From: an uncultured Chthonomonadaceae bacterium
GTDB taxonomy: Bacteria > Armatimonadota > Chthonomonadetes > Chthonomonadales > Chthonomonadaceae
Direction: 5' to 3'
DNA length: 64,000 nucleotides
Assembly: GCA_963835065.1 (NCBI GenBank)
Contig: CAWIEK010000015.1
Coordinates: 64,001-128,000 of the forward strand
Under the pieces are notes generated by a model that was not told the DNA's origin, did not search any database, and saw only the letters and a list, made by a program, of their open reading frames with translations. Below are positions 29,785-40,218 of the stretch, one piece after another (position 1 is the stretch's first letter; every line of letters starts with the position of its first letter). The position numbers and the translations under genes were made by a program.

Positions 29785-32480
29785 ATGAGTGATCGGTACA
29801 AACCGATCCTGCGCGTGTTCGGCCTGTTTGTCATGGCTGCTTTTCTAAGCCTGATGGCGGTCGGACGCGCCTGCGCGGACGTCGTCGGACGCCTGCGCTT
29901 TATAGTCAAGGACGCTAACGACAAGAACGAAAAGCCTATTATGGGCGCAAAAATCGTTCTGCACGACACGGCAGGCGTACGCCCCGACATCACGCTGACT
30001 TCGGACGCCAAAGGCAACGCCACAAGCCCCGAACTGGACAACCGCGACTGGCAAATCACCACCACTGCCGAAAACTACCAGCCGGATAAGCAGATCAAGA
30101 CCGTTATCACCGACCGCGCGACCGATGTGGAAGTGTTGCTCGAACCCGTGGGGCCGGAAAAGGTTATCAAGGTCACAGCGGGCAAGGAAACGACGGACAA
30201 GCGCAACACCACGAACGAAACCCGCCGTGACCAGAAGTTCGTGCAGACGTTTCCCGCCACAGCAGGCAACCCGCAGAACCTGGGCAGCGTCACCCGCACC
30301 GTTCCCGGCTTCGCGCAGGATTCGGTGAACCAGTTCCATCCGCGCGGCGAACACTCCGCAACCGCCATTTTCCTCAACGGCTTTGAACTGCCGGACGCGC
30401 TGCAAGGCCGCGCCGGGCAGATTCTGGTTCCCGATGTTATTCAAAACCTCGACGTCCAGACGGGTGGTTTCGCGCCCGAATATGGCGGCGAAACCGCAGC
30501 CATTCTCAACCTGAACCTGCGCTCCGGGCCGATTACGCCCTTCGCCAGCGCGGAACTGCAAGGCGGCGAGTTTTCCACCTTCTACAGCGCGTTCTCCTTT
30601 GGCGGGCAATTGGGGCAGGCAATCGGCACGCCGGACGCGAACGGACGGCAGGCACACGCGCTAGGTTATTTCTTTAATCTCAACGCGCGCCGCACGACAA
30701 ACGCGCTGGAGCCACCCCAGCCCGACAATCAGGAAGCGCACAACACGGGTTCCCAACTCAGCGGTTTCGGCAACCTCACCTATCAGGCCGGGGCGCGGGA
30801 TCAGGTTTCCCTCACGCTCAACAGCGCGCCCGCGTATACGCAAATCGCCAACCGCGCGGGATTGCCCAATGCCTTTCGTCCCGTCGGGCAGGGCTACGGC
30901 CTGTTCGGAGCGCGCAACGCGGACGGGACGCGCCCGGATGTTGTCACCGACCCCACCGATCCCAACTTCAACGCCAACGCGCTTGGCGCGGCGCCCCTCC
31001 AACTTGGCTCCCAGCAGGCGGATGGACAGGACATCAACCAGCGCGATACCAACGACTTCGGCCTGCTCAGTCTGCGCCACACGTTCAGCAGCACCACGAC
31101 GGGCCTGCTTTCCTTCGGGCTTGTTCATTCCGGGCAGGACATTAAGAACAACAACAGCGCGTTGAGCATTAACCCCAACGCGCCGGGTTTCGGCTTGCCC
31201 ATTGACAGTTCGCTGGAATTCAATCCCACTATCATTCGCAACTACCACCACGCGCAGATACAGGGCAGCGTGACGGCTGCGCGTCACAGCCACACTTACA
31301 AGGCCGGCCTGCTCTACGACAATCAGGAAGGGGATGAGTCGTACCAGATCACGCCCGGCAGCCAACTGGCGCTCAACGCGCTTGCCGTGTTCACGCCCAA
31401 TCTGGCTCCCACAGGCGCGGCGCAGCAGGCCGTTAGGAGCCAACGGCCAGCCGAGCGTGGACGCTAAGGGCAATCCCGTGTTTGTCACTGATGTCAACGG
31501 CAATCCTATCTATGTGCCCACGTCCGGCTCTTCGCCCATCGTCAACGTGCATCGCACCGGCTTTTATGCGGCGGGCTATTTGCAGGATACATGGCTTGCC
31601 ACGGCCCGGACGACGCTCAACTATGGATTTCGCGTGGACTGGTATCAGCAGAAGCAGAACCTGGGCCAGCCCTCCGTAGATCAGGTACACCTGTCGCCGC
31701 GCATCAATCTGGCCTATCTGCTCACGCCTAAAACAGTGGGCCGCGTGTCCTTCAATCGCCTGTTCATTCAGCCGCCGCTTGCGCAGGGGGCGATTATCGG
31801 TCAGCCCATCCGCCCCGAAACGCTCAACCAGTACGAGGCCAGCATAGAGCGGCAGATAGGGCCGGGGCAAACCGCCAAAGTCGCCTACTACTACAAGGAC
31901 ATTTCCAACCAGATTGATACCGGTTTGCTCATTCCCGGTTCGCAGATCGGCGTCTACTCTTCGGTCAACTTCGAGCGGGGAGCCGTGCATGGCGCGGAAT
32001 TCTCCTACAATCTTGTGCCCCGCAACAACATCGGCCTGAGTTCCTACGTGTCCTACGCTTACGCCATCGCCAAGCCCAACGGCCTGGACAACACGGGCGC
32101 GCAGGCTCCGACCTTCAACGACCATGACCAGTTGAACACCATCAGCGCGGGACTGGCTTATACGCTGAAAACCGGCGCCAACTTCGGCCTGAACCTGTAT
32201 CACGGCAGCGGTGTCGCCTCCAGCCCTGATCGTCAGCGCCAATCCCAACAGTACGGCCACCCTGTTCAACGGCCAGCGGCAGCCGCGCACGGAACTCAAC
32301 CTGTCGCTTTCCACCGGCCCCCGGCTTTTCGGCGGCGGAGCGGGCGGCAGGGGTGGCCTGACGGTTGCCGTCGAAAACGTTCTCGATGACCGCAGCGTTA
32401 TCAACTTCAACTCCGGCTTCAGCGGCACGCGCTTCCAGCAGGGCCGGCGCGTTCTGCTGTCGCTGTCAGGCAACTTTTAA
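29785..32480 (+). CDS. TonB-dependent receptor with N-terminal carboxypeptidase-regulatory-like domain; frameshifts at about 31432 and 32222
   Basis: Signal peptide, plug motif TGGFAPEYGG, YLQDTW, SPRINLAY, C-terminal GRRVLLSLSGNF. Confidence 0.9.
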
Positions 32481-32600
32481 GGTGTCAGGTTTCAGGTGTC
32501 AGGTGTCAGGAGATTACATCAATGCGTTGTCTTCACGATATGACAGCAAGAGTGTTGGCAGCAACGGTCCTGACACCTGACACCTGACACCTGACACCTT
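32479..32600. repeat. Inverted heptamer element (AGGTGTC)n
   Basis: 33-bp arms 32479-32511 and 32568-32600, 1 mismatch; begins in the receptor TAA. Confidence 0.95.
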
Positions 32601-32616
32601 TCCGAAGGAACTACTC

Positions 32617-33330
32617 ATGTCAAACATCGCGCATTTCATACGGGCGGGCGGGTTTGTAATGTACCCCCTGCTGCTGCTTTCTCTTATAGCAATTGTGGTA
32701 ATCGTGGAACGGGGATTGGCGTACCGGCAGTTCGGCGGCATCGCGCCCGGCCTGCTTGGGGAAGTTCTCAAGCAGTGCCGGGGTGGGCAGTATGACGCGG
32801 CATTGAAAGCGTGTCAGGCGCGCAGCGGGCCAGTGGCCGCGTGTCTGACAGTTGTGTTGCAACACCGCAACCAGCCGACGCGGGAAGTGGAGCGACTGGT
32901 GGAGGAGGCCGGGCAGGACTACTTTATCCGGCTGGAACGGCTGCTGCCCGTGCTGGATACCACAACGACCATTTCGCCCCTCCTGGGCTTGTTGGGAACC
33001 ATTGTCGGCATGATCGGCACATTCAGCGCGATTGCCAGTCAGGCCAACCGCAGCAATAGCGACGCGGTTCTGGCGGGAGTGGGGGAAGCCCTGTACGCAA
33101 CCGCGACGGGCATTATGATCGCCGTAATCTGCTTCGTCGCCTACAACTACTTTGCCGCGCGCCTGCGAACCGTCACATCGGAAACCGAGCAGGCGGCAAC
33201 GAAACTTATCAACGCGCTGACCGAGCGGCATCATCAGGAACGCGCGCAGCACAACCATACGGAGGCAGGAATGGAGATCAACATGGAGGAAGGAGCCGTT
33301 CGTGGAATTCAAGCGACGCCGCGAACTTAA
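32617..33330 (+). CDS. exbB: MotA/TolQ/ExbB proton channel
   Basis: GGFVMYPL, SPLLGLLGTIVGMI, EALYATATG. Confidence 0.9.
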   Translation: MSNIAHFIRAGGFVMYPLLLLSLIAIVVIVERGLAYRQFGGIAPGLLGEVLKQCRGGQYDAALKACQARSGPVAACLTVVLQHRNQPTREVERLVEEAGQDYFIRLERLLPVLDTTTTISPLLGLLGTIVGMIGTFSAIASQANRSNSDAVLAGVGEALYATATGIMIAVICFVAYNYFAARLRTVTSETEQAATKLINALTERHHQERAQHNHTEAGMEINMEEGAVRGIQATPRT

Positions 33331-33746
33331 ACGCACCAGAATCGAGATCATTCCCATGATAGACACGATGTTCTTTCTGCTCGTGTTCTTCATGCTGTCC
33401 TCATTGGCGTTGGTTCGGCTTAATGGCCTGCCGGTCAATCTGCCCCGCGCATGCTACCGCGCCCAAGCAGCCGGCAAGCGACCTGACCATTACCGTTGAC
33501 AAAGACCAACAAGTCTATGTCAACAAGGAGCCGGTCACATTGGAAACCCTGACAACGGTTCTGGTGCAGAAGGCAGGCGGGCCGAACGTGGATTTGGCGA
33601 ACGCTTCCGTTGTCATCAACGCCGACTTGACCGTGCCGCATGGCATTGTCGTGAAGTGCATTGACGAATCGCGGAGCGTGGGCATTACCAAGTTCGCCAT
33701 TGCAACCGCCCCGGAGCACGGGAAAGCGGAAAGGAGAAGTTGCTGA
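33302..33746 (+). CDS. exbD: Biopolymer transporter ExbD/TolR, frameshift at about 33450
   Basis: IEIIPMIDTMFFLLVFFM, VNLP, VINAD..VPHG. Confidence 0.9.
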
Positions 33747-33825
33747 TGTAGCAACTCCAATAGGCACGGACCAATGGGGGCATGGACTGCGCCAAATGCG
33801 ATGGACAGTCAGGGCATGGTTTTGA

Positions 33826-34824
33826 ATGACCCGATCGGATAAGCGGTTGGGAATAGCGGCGGGCGTTTCCCTGTTGCTGAATTTGTTGCTGTGGAGCGCG
33901 GCTTCCGCGGTGGCCGTGCATCCCGTGCATTTCCATGATCCAAGCCCCGTCGAGATTACGCGCGTTGTCATTCAGCCCAACGGCAAGCGGGTCGAGAAGG
34001 TGATTAAGAAAGAGCAGATCGCGAAGAAAATGGTTCAGGTGCATAAGGAGATTATAAAGCCCCGGCCAGTACCTATCATTCCGCGCGAACGTCCGCATAT
34101 CGTCGCGCCTGCGCCCCGTCGGGAACGCCCACAGCTTGCGCGACGGACAACGCCCCGGCCCATAGACCCAAAACCGGAACCGCAAAAACCGGTGACGGGC
34201 AATCCCCTTCCGACGCCGCCAACCGCGCACAACCGCGTACTGACCGCGCCGGATACCAAAGCGCCCGCCCCCAACGATCATGTCGTCCTGCCGGGCGGCA
34301 ACGCGGATGTGGGCAAGCCGACCAATCAGCAGGGCGTGGGCAACGCCAAAACCAACCCGGATGTTGTGGTGAAAAACGCCGGTTCCACAGCCGGTTCCCA
34401 AACCGGAGCCGAAAAGCCGGACGCCCAAACACGAAGCCGAATGCCTGCGCAGCCGGCAGGCAACGATAAAAAGGATGTGCCCGCGCCGGAACCGCAGCCC
34501 AAACCGGAACCGAAGCCCGAACCCATCCCGGAGCCAAAACCTAAAAAGCGCGGGCCGACAAAAGAAGCCGAAGCGCAGGAGCAAGTAAAGCCCGACATTC
34601 CCGACGAACTCAAGCACGGCGATTTCAAGTCGTTCGTGCGCGTGGCCGTAGAAGTGGATGCGGACGGCAATGCCAGCGTCACGCTGCGCACCTCATCGGG
34701 CAATCAGGAGATTGACAGCCGCGTGTTGAGCGCCCTGAAAAAGTGGAAGTGGAAGCCCGCCCTCAAAAACGGCGAACCCGTCAGCAGCGTACAGCGCTTC
34801 AAGTTCGAGTTCCTTGTCGAGTAA
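33826..34824 (+). CDS. tonB: Energy transducer TonB
   Basis: N-terminal TM, Pro-rich (PEPK)n linker, SSG...D...LKKWKWKPA C-terminal domain. Confidence 0.85.
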   Translation: MTRSDKRLGIAAGVSLLLNLLLWSAASAVAVHPVHFHDPSPVEITRVVIQPNGKRVEKVIKKEQIAKKMVQVHKEIIKPRPVPIIPRERPHIVAPAPRRERPQLARRTTPRPIDPKPEPQKPVTGNPLPTPPTAHNRVLTAPDTKAPAPNDHVVLPGGNADVGKPTNQQGVGNAKTNPDVVVKNAGSTAGSQTGAEKPDAQTRSRMPAQPAGNDKKDVPAPEPQPKPEPKPEPIPEPKPKKRGPTKEAEAQEQVKPDIPDELKHGDFKSFVRVAVEVDADGNASVTLRTSSGNQEIDSRVLSALKKWKWKPALKNGEPVSSVQRFKFEFLVE

Positions 34825-34903
34825 GGACTATGCGCTGAACTTGGAAGGCAGTATCCAGCGCAACGCGCAGCATTGAAATGGAGTAAGCCACCCATAAACC
34901 AGT

Positions 34904-34983
34904 AAGCAAAAAGAGGGGCAGAAGTTTGTTCGCAGCAAACTTTCGCCGGACGATTGCGGCAGGGTCTCAACCGTTGACCAACG
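34904..34983 (-). ncRNA. Candidate small RNA, tandem copy A
   Basis: 38-nt block with 4 differences from copy B, then a hairpin with CTGCGAA loop and a T run. Confidence 0.5.
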
Positions 34984-35146
34984 AGTTTCACCCTCCCCGC
35001 CTCACATCGTTTCCTTCGCCTCACGCAATTTTCATAACCTTTATTCAAAATCGCTGTTTTTGTCGGCGGGCGGATCGTTTCGCCTGTTCACAGGGCAACG
35101 TGGCGCGACGCGCAGTGTTTTCATCAGGCGCAAAACAAGCCTGCTG

Positions 35147-35222
35147 AAGCAAAAACGTGGACGGCCGTTCGCAGCAGCCGTCCACCGGGCGATTGCGGCA
35201 AGGCCACAACCGTTGACCAACG
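35147..35222 (-). ncRNA. Candidate small RNA, tandem copy B
   Basis: Preceded by a TGGACG-17-TATAAT promoter; ends in an 11-bp hairpin plus TTTTT. Confidence 0.6.
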
Positions 35223-35224
35223 GC

Positions 35225-35253
35225 ATTATAGCACGTCTTGCCGCAACCGTCCA
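35225..35253 (-). promoter_or_regulatory. Sigma70-type promoter driving the sRNA candidate
   Basis: TGGACG-17 nt-TATAAT with extended TG on the minus strand. Confidence 0.6.
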
Positions 35254-35314
35254 TACGCAATCAAATACCCGCCCGGCAGAATTTATCGGTTTTATTATCA
35301 AGAGAGGGAGTTCT

Positions 35315-35599
35315 GTGGCAAGTATAGCGACATTACGCAGATTGATTCGGACGGGGTCTTACATCCTTGTCTGTATGCTGGCCGCAATGCCTGCCGCCCA
35401 CGCGCAAGGCGACGACGACACGCCTTCCCCGGATCAAATCGTTTGGGGAGTATCGTGCTTTGTTGTTACGTTTATCTTCGTGTTGCGCTTGTGCCTGCGC
35501 CCACCCAAACGGGCGCGTTCCCGCTTTCTGTCGTCACGTTTGCCCCGCCACCGTCTGCGCCCTGTACCTACCCGGCGCGTGAAAGGAAGAAGACAATGA
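35315..35599 (+). CDS. Small exported/membrane protein (signal peptide, short acidic linker, TM, Arg-rich tail)
   Basis: GGGAG RBS and GTG; AHA-Q cleavage-like site. Confidence 0.45.
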   Translation: MASIATLRRLIRTGSYILVCMLAAMPAAHAQGDDDTPSPDQIVWGVSCFVVTFIFVLRLCLRPPKRARSRFLSSRLPRHRLRPVPTRRVKGRRQ

Positions 35600-35631
35600 G
35601 AATACGGATTGCACAAACAAGGAGGGACGCA

Positions 35632-36426
35632 ATGCGTTCACGACACGGGTTTACTCTCATCGAACTGCTCATCGTCATCGCCATTATCGCTATTTTAGCG
35701 GCGATCCTGTTCCCGGTTTTTGCGCAGGCGCGTTCGGCGGCGCGTAAGACGATCTGCATTTCCAACATGAAGCAGATCACCCTTGCCAACCGGATGTACA
35801 GCGACGACTACGACGGCTACTTTCCGCGTATTCAGGCCAGCGATGGCAACGGCGATTGGGAAGTCGTGAGTTGGTACGCCGTTCACTTTTACCAGCAGGC
35901 GCTCGACCCGTACATCAAAATGGGGCGCGGAACCGCCAACAAGCAGAGCGTCTGGTGGGACCCCTCCGACCCTTCCAAGAATATGCCCTACATGTGGGGT
36001 TCGTTTGTCAACAACGGCCTGCTGACGTGCAACAACACGAACGAAATATCCATTGACAAACCCTCAGAAACAATTTACAGCACCCTGCGCGCTAAAGATT
36101 GGGACGTTGTTACCGGAACTGCGCCCCTGCCCGTGCCTGCGCCGCTCGTGGGCGACCCTTTCTGGACTTCGGAATTCTTCGATTTTGGCGTAGACCCCTA
36201 CGAGAAAACGGACAAAACAAGTCCCTACTGGTGGAGCAACGGCAAGATATTCCCGCCCTGCTCACTGTTTCCCAACGATGCCTACTGTCTGGATTGGGAG
36301 CCATTGCTGGACACGAAACGCTACGCGAATCAGGCTCCTTACTCGTTCGTGGATGGTCACGTGAAAACGCTTCGGTTCGCCGCCACGTACAAATCGTCCG
36401 ACGACAACTATTGGGATATTCATTAG
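35632..36426 (+). CDS. Prepilin-type N-terminal methylation protein (DUF1559/H-X9-DG type)
   Basis: [52 protein letters not shown]. Confidence 0.92.
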   Translation: MRSRHGFTLIELLIVIAIIAILAAILFPVFAQARSAARKTICISNMKQITLANRMYSDDYDGYFPRIQASDGNGDWEVVSWYAVHFYQQALDPYIKMGRGTANKQSVWWDPSDPSKNMPYMWGSFVNNGLLTCNNTNEISIDKPSETIYSTLRAKDWDVVTGTAPLPVPAPLVGDPFWTSEFFDFGVDPYEKTDKTSPYWWSNGKIFPPCSLFPNDAYCLDWEPLLDTKRYANQAPYSFVDGHVKTLRFAATYKSSDDNYWDIH

Positions 36427-36529
36427 CCGTGAACACAATTTACTCGACAAGGTTCCCTAAACGGCGTGGATTGTGCTATACTAAGCAAAGTTTCCGTCTT
36501 ATAGCCATTGTCGAGGAGTTCTCAAAAAC

Positions 36530-36664
36530 ATGAAACGTACTTTTCAGCCCCATAATCGTCGTCACAAGAAGGTGCATGGCTTCCGCAAGAAAATGCAGAC
36601 GCTGGATGGCCGCAACACGCTGCGCCGCCGCCGCTTCAAAGGCCGCCACGAACTGATCAAGTAG
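36530..36664 (+). CDS. rpmH: 50S ribosomal protein L34 (missing from the ORF track)
   Basis: [22 protein letters not shown]...[31 protein letters not shown] extended -10 at 36474. Confidence 0.97.
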   Translation: MKRTFQPHNRRHKKVHGFRKKMQTLDGRNTLRRRRFKGRHELIK

Positions 36665-36845
36665 AACATTCTTCCACTTTTCAAAAAGAACACGTGAAGG
36701 CGCTTTGAAAGCCTATTTCAGCCGCGCTATTGCCTCTCATCACCCATGCCAAAGCGCGTATCTTCGCAAACTATTACCCAAAACTACGTCAAGGCGCGAA
36801 AGGGAAACCGTTCGCGCCTTGCGTCCGTAAGGACAAGAAGACGAG

Positions 36846-36954
36846 GTAGGGTTTTAGGGTTTTAGGGTTCTAAGGTTTTAGGGGAACAGGCTTCGTTAGT
36901 CCTGTCGGAACTAAACACTTAAAACCCTAAAACCCTAAAACCCTAAAACCCTAC
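36846..36954. repeat. Inverted octamer element (TTTTAGGG)n
   Basis: Arms 36846-36882 and 36918-36954. Confidence 0.9.
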
Positions 36955-36958
36955 TCCC

Positions 36959-37357
36959 ATGCTGCCCGCCAACCAACGTTTGCAGCGCAATCAGGACTTT
37001 CGGCGCGTATATAAAAGGGGGCGCGAATACGTGCATCCCCTGGCCGTGCTGTATGTCATGCGGCGAACCGGGGAAGAGGCCGTACAAATTCCCGGCAGGC
37101 GCGTGGGATTTGTGGTAAGTAAGAAGCAGGGCAACGCGGTTGTTCGCAATCGCATCAAGCGGCGTCTGCGGGAAGCCATGCGCTTACAACTGCATCAAGT
37201 CAAGCCCGGAGCCTACGATCTTGTTTTTGTCGGGCGCGGACGCTTGAAAACCGCCGCGTGGACCGAAATTCAGGAAGCGGTGGGCGTTCTGTTGAAACGA
37301 GCGGGGATGCTGGAAGAGGCAAAAGCGGAAAGTGGAGCGAATGAAGCCGCTAAGTGA
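36959..37357 (+). CDS. rnpA: Ribonuclease P protein component
   Basis: RL...DFRRVY, GFVVSKK.GNAVVRNRIKRRLRE; synteny. Confidence 0.97.
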   Translation: MLPANQRLQRNQDFRRVYKRGREYVHPLAVLYVMRRTGEEAVQIPGRRVGFVVSKKQGNAVVRNRIKRRLREAMRLQLHQVKPGAYDLVFVGRGRLKTAAWTEIQEAVGVLLKRAGMLEEAKAESGANEAAK

Positions 37358-37568
37358 ATGGCCGCGCCGAATGGTCATCGTGTGCATACGCGCGTATCAG
37401 GCGACAGCGCCCATGCGCCCCGCCGTGTGCCGCTTTCATCCCTCGTGTTCGGAATACGCGGCGCAATCCGTATTGAAACACGGCGTGTTTGTGGGCGTGG
37501 CGCTGGGAATTCGCCGTATCCTGCGCTGCAACCCGCTAAGTTCCGGCGGCTACGACCCGGTTCCCTGA
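37341..37568 (+). CDS. yidD: Membrane protein insertion efficiency factor
   Basis: CRFHPSCSEYA, RILRCNP...GYDPVP. Confidence 0.95.
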   Translation: MKPLSEWPRRMVIVCIRAYQATAPMRPAVCRFHPSCSEYAAQSVLKHGVFVGVALGIRRILRCNPLSSGGYDPVP

Positions 37569-37670
37569 TGTTTGCGCTTCGCATATATTAAGATATATGC
37601 GATAACCTTGCTTTTTAATGGTTGCCCTGACGTTGTACGGCAGCCTTGTAATGATGCTGAGGAAAAACTC

Positions 37671-38981
37671 TTGAAATTATCCGCGCGAAATTCGCTGTTG
37701 AGCGTGATGCTGGTGGTGCTGGCAATGCTGCTGAGTGGGTGCGGGCAGGGGCCGCAGGGCGATCCGCCGCTCACGCTGGACCATGCGCAGCAATTGGAAG
37801 CGACCAATCCCAAGCTGGCCGTCGAAACGTACATGGCGACGCGCAGTGAGTTCGACAGCAAGGATAAGGAAACAGCGGCAACCGCGCTGTTACGCGCCGC
37901 GCAACTGGCTTCCGACCCCAGTCGCTACGTGCTGCCCGCGCAAAAGGTTGGGCAGAGTCCGCAGCAGATCGAAGACCTGTATGGCGCGGGAGATACCGCC
38001 GCCCGCGAAGCGATCCGGCAGTTGGAGCGCAATTACGCCGGAACCAAAGCCGCCCAAATCGCGCATGACCAGAACCTGCTTACGCAAATCGAACACAGCA
38101 TTGACGTGCGCAATTCGCACAGCACGTACTACAAAGTGGTAGACGGGCTGGTACACATGACCGGCGCGATGCCCGCCTTCAGCTACTGGTTCGCGCTGTT
38201 TTTGATTGCCGTGTTCATCAAAGTGATTACGTTCCCGCTGCTGCTCAAAACCTACAAGAGCGGGCGCGAAATGCAGCGCGTCCAGCCCATCATCAAGAAG
38301 ATTCAGGCCGAGTACAAAGACAACCCGCAGGAAATGCAGATCAAGACGATGGCGGCGTACAAGGAGCATGGCGTCAGCCCGTTTGCGTCCTGTGTGCCGG
38401 CCCTGGTTCAGATGCCTGTCTTTTTCCTGATGTTTGCGCTGATACGGGCGTATGAGATTCACTTTCAGAACGGGCATTTTCTGTGGATCAATCCCACGGT
38501 AGCGGCTTCTCCCCTCGGTCAGAGATTGGGTATTGCGCCCGACCTTGCCCATCTGGACATGCCGATCCTGATTATGTACGCGGCCAGCATGTACATTTCC
38601 ATGAAACTCGCGCCCTCGCCCGACCCGCAAATGGCGCAGCAGCAGAAAACCATGTCCATTATGATGACGGGCATGATGATCTACTGGTTCATGGTGACAA
38701 AATGGGCGTCGGCGTTCCTGCTGTACTACCTGGTGCAGAACATCATTTCCACCTGGCAGCAGTATAAATACATGTACAAGCCCAACAAGCTGAACGCGCT
38801 CAATAACCCACCCGACCCGCTGCCGTCCCCGAACAAATACACGCCCAAAGCCTCGCCTGGAGTCCACGACGTGACGTTTGTAGAAACCAAAACCAGTACG
38901 GCCACCGCCCCGCGCAACGGCAATGGAACAGCGGCTTCCAACAACAGCCGTCCGCGCCCGAAGCGGAAAACGCGACGATGA
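37671..38981 (+). CDS. yidC: Membrane protein insertase YidC with lipoprotein-type N-terminal helical domain
   Basis: LLSGC lipobox; MQRVQP.IKKIQ, YKEHGVSP, LVQMP, FLWI, LYYLVQN. Confidence 0.92.
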   Translation: MKLSARNSLLSVMLVVLAMLLSGCGQGPQGDPPLTLDHAQQLEATNPKLAVETYMATRSEFDSKDKETAATALLRAAQLASDPSRYVLPAQKVGQSPQQIEDLYGAGDTAAREAIRQLERNYAGTKAAQIAHDQNLLTQIEHSIDVRNSHSTYYKVVDGLVHMTGAMPAFSYWFALFLIAVFIKVITFPLLLKTYKSGREMQRVQPIIKKIQAEYKDNPQEMQIKTMAAYKEHGVSPFASCVPALVQMPVFFLMFALIRAYEIHFQNGHFLWINPTVAASPLGQRLGIAPDLAHLDMPILIMYAASMYISMKLAPSPDPQMAQQQKTMSIMMTGMMIYWFMVTKWASAFLLYYLVQNIISTWQQYKYMYKPNKLNALNNPPDPLPSPNKYTPKASPGVHDVTFVETKTSTATAPRNGNGTAASNNSRPRPKRKTRR

Positions 38982-38986
38982 AGCGT

Positions 38987-39096
38987 GGTAGACGGTAGAC
39001 GGTAGACGGTAGACAGTAGAATGTTGGCTCTTATGGAAGGTATCTGCTTCCAGTAAGAGTTATCTACCGTCTACCGTCTACCGTCTACCGTCTACC
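38987..39096. repeat. Inverted heptamer element (GGTAGAC)n
   Basis: 34-bp arms 38987-39020 and 39063-39096, 1 mismatch. Confidence 0.95.
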
Positions 39097-39113
39097 TTAC
39101 GAAGGAGACCACT

Positions 39114-39650
39114 ATGACGGACTTGCACGACGCAGACAGTTTGCCGGACGCGGAAGAAAGCGCGTTGCAGGCCGGTATTGACCCCGCAACGCTGCGCCCG
39201 GATCAGCAGACCGGGTTTGCGCTGATGCAGGAGATTTGCGCGGCGATTGGGCAGGACACGCGCCCGGTGGTAATGGCGGTACAGGGCGCGTACATGCACG
39301 TTGCTCTCGTGGGAAGTGACGTTGCCGCAACGTGGGGGCGCATGGGGCAATCCTTGGACGCGCTGCAAATGCTCGCCAACATGATTTTATCGCGGCAAGT
39401 CGGCAGTGACGTGCGCCTGATGCTGGATGCCGACAACTACCGCGAACGCCGCGCCGATACGCTTAGAGGTATTGCGCAGGAGTATGCCCGCGAAGTGAAA
39501 GAGCGCAACGAAGAAGCGGAAATGGAACCCCTCCCCGCCCACGAACGCCGCATCATCCACTCCGCATTGGTAGACGACCCCGACATCGAAACCTACAGCG
39601 AAGGCGACGAACCGCACCGGCGGATTGTGATTTCGCCAAGAAGACAGTAG
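39114..39650 (+). CDS. jag: Jag/EloR/KhpB RNA-binding protein (KH and R3H only)
   Basis: GRMGQSLDALQ, LDADNYRERR, ERRIIH, TYSEGDEPHRRIVI; synteny. Confidence 0.9.
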   Translation: MTDLHDADSLPDAEESALQAGIDPATLRPDQQTGFALMQEICAAIGQDTRPVVMAVQGAYMHVALVGSDVAATWGRMGQSLDALQMLANMILSRQVGSDVRLMLDADNYRERRADTLRGIAQEYAREVKERNEEAEMEPLPAHERRIIHSALVDDPDIETYSEGDEPHRRIVISPRRQ

Positions 39651-39756
39651 TCGGTAGTCGGTAGTCAGTAGAACAGCTCCTACTCCAACTACTTTCGTAA
39701 ATGTATAAAGCATTGAATAGACAGGCATTTCTACTGACTACTGACTACTGACTACT
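39646..39756. repeat. Inverted heptamer element (GTAGTCR)n
   Basis: 28-bp arms 39646-39673 and 39729-39756; contains the jag TAG. Confidence 0.9.
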
Positions 39757-39768
39757 TTCTTCTTCCTC

Positions 39769-39797
39769 TTGACTTCCCCCCGATTCTGCCGTATAAT
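39769..39797 (+). promoter_or_regulatory. Sigma70 promoter of ssrA
   Basis: TTGACT-17 nt-TATAAT, 11 nt upstream of the mature 5' end. Confidence 0.85.
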
Positions 39798-39808
39798 AAA
39801 CTATATCC

Positions 39809-40159
39809 GGGGGTGATTGGAATCGACCTGGTGGATAGTGTTTCTGGTTGCGAGCCGAGGCGCCGCTGGCCTCGTAAAAAGCGGCAAACCAATAAACGCG
39901 AACACTAATCAGTACGCGCTCGCGGCCTAAGTGCTGCGATGTCCGCCGCGCTCCTGTCGGCCGAGCGTGATCCGGGCATAATTTATGCCGACTTACCGAT
40001 CTCAAATTTGTATGCCGTTTGAGCGGAACATTAGACGCATTCTAGCGCGCCGTTAGCCTGGTCCCTGTGGCAGACGGACGCGAAACACAATCAGGGGCTA
40101 TGCTCGTAGACGCTAGGGGCGCAACGCTGGGCACGCGAGTTCGAATCTCGCCACCTCCA
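39809..40159 (+). ncRNA. ssrA: tmRNA; tag ANTNQYALAA encoded at 39898-39930
   Basis: GGGGGTG/CACCTCC acceptor stem with G3-U, T-arm GTTCGAATC, YALAA* tag; CCA not encoded. Confidence 0.97.
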
Positions 40160-40169
40160 TAGAACAATG

Positions 40170-40210
40170 AGTATCGGCTCACAACAGATTAGGGTTGTGA
40201 GCCGGTACTA
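40170..40210 (+). terminator. Hairpin downstream of ssrA
   Basis: AGTATCGGCTCACAAC...GTTGTGAGCCGGTACT. Confidence 0.7.
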
Positions 40211-40218
40211 ATTTGGCT

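Noticed and set aside
34921..35185. tRNA-like T-arms (GTTCGCAGC)
   Set aside because: The loop lacks A58, there is no cloverleaf, and pairing plus the T run fit minus-strand terminators better.
36427..36529. oriC/dnaA upstream of rpmH
   Set aside because: No dnaA and no cluster of TTATCCACA-like boxes; the upstream gene is a prepilin-type protein.
36846..36954. Eukaryotic telomere contamination
   Set aside because: The arrays are short, inverted and embedded between intact rpmH and rnpA, like the other elements.
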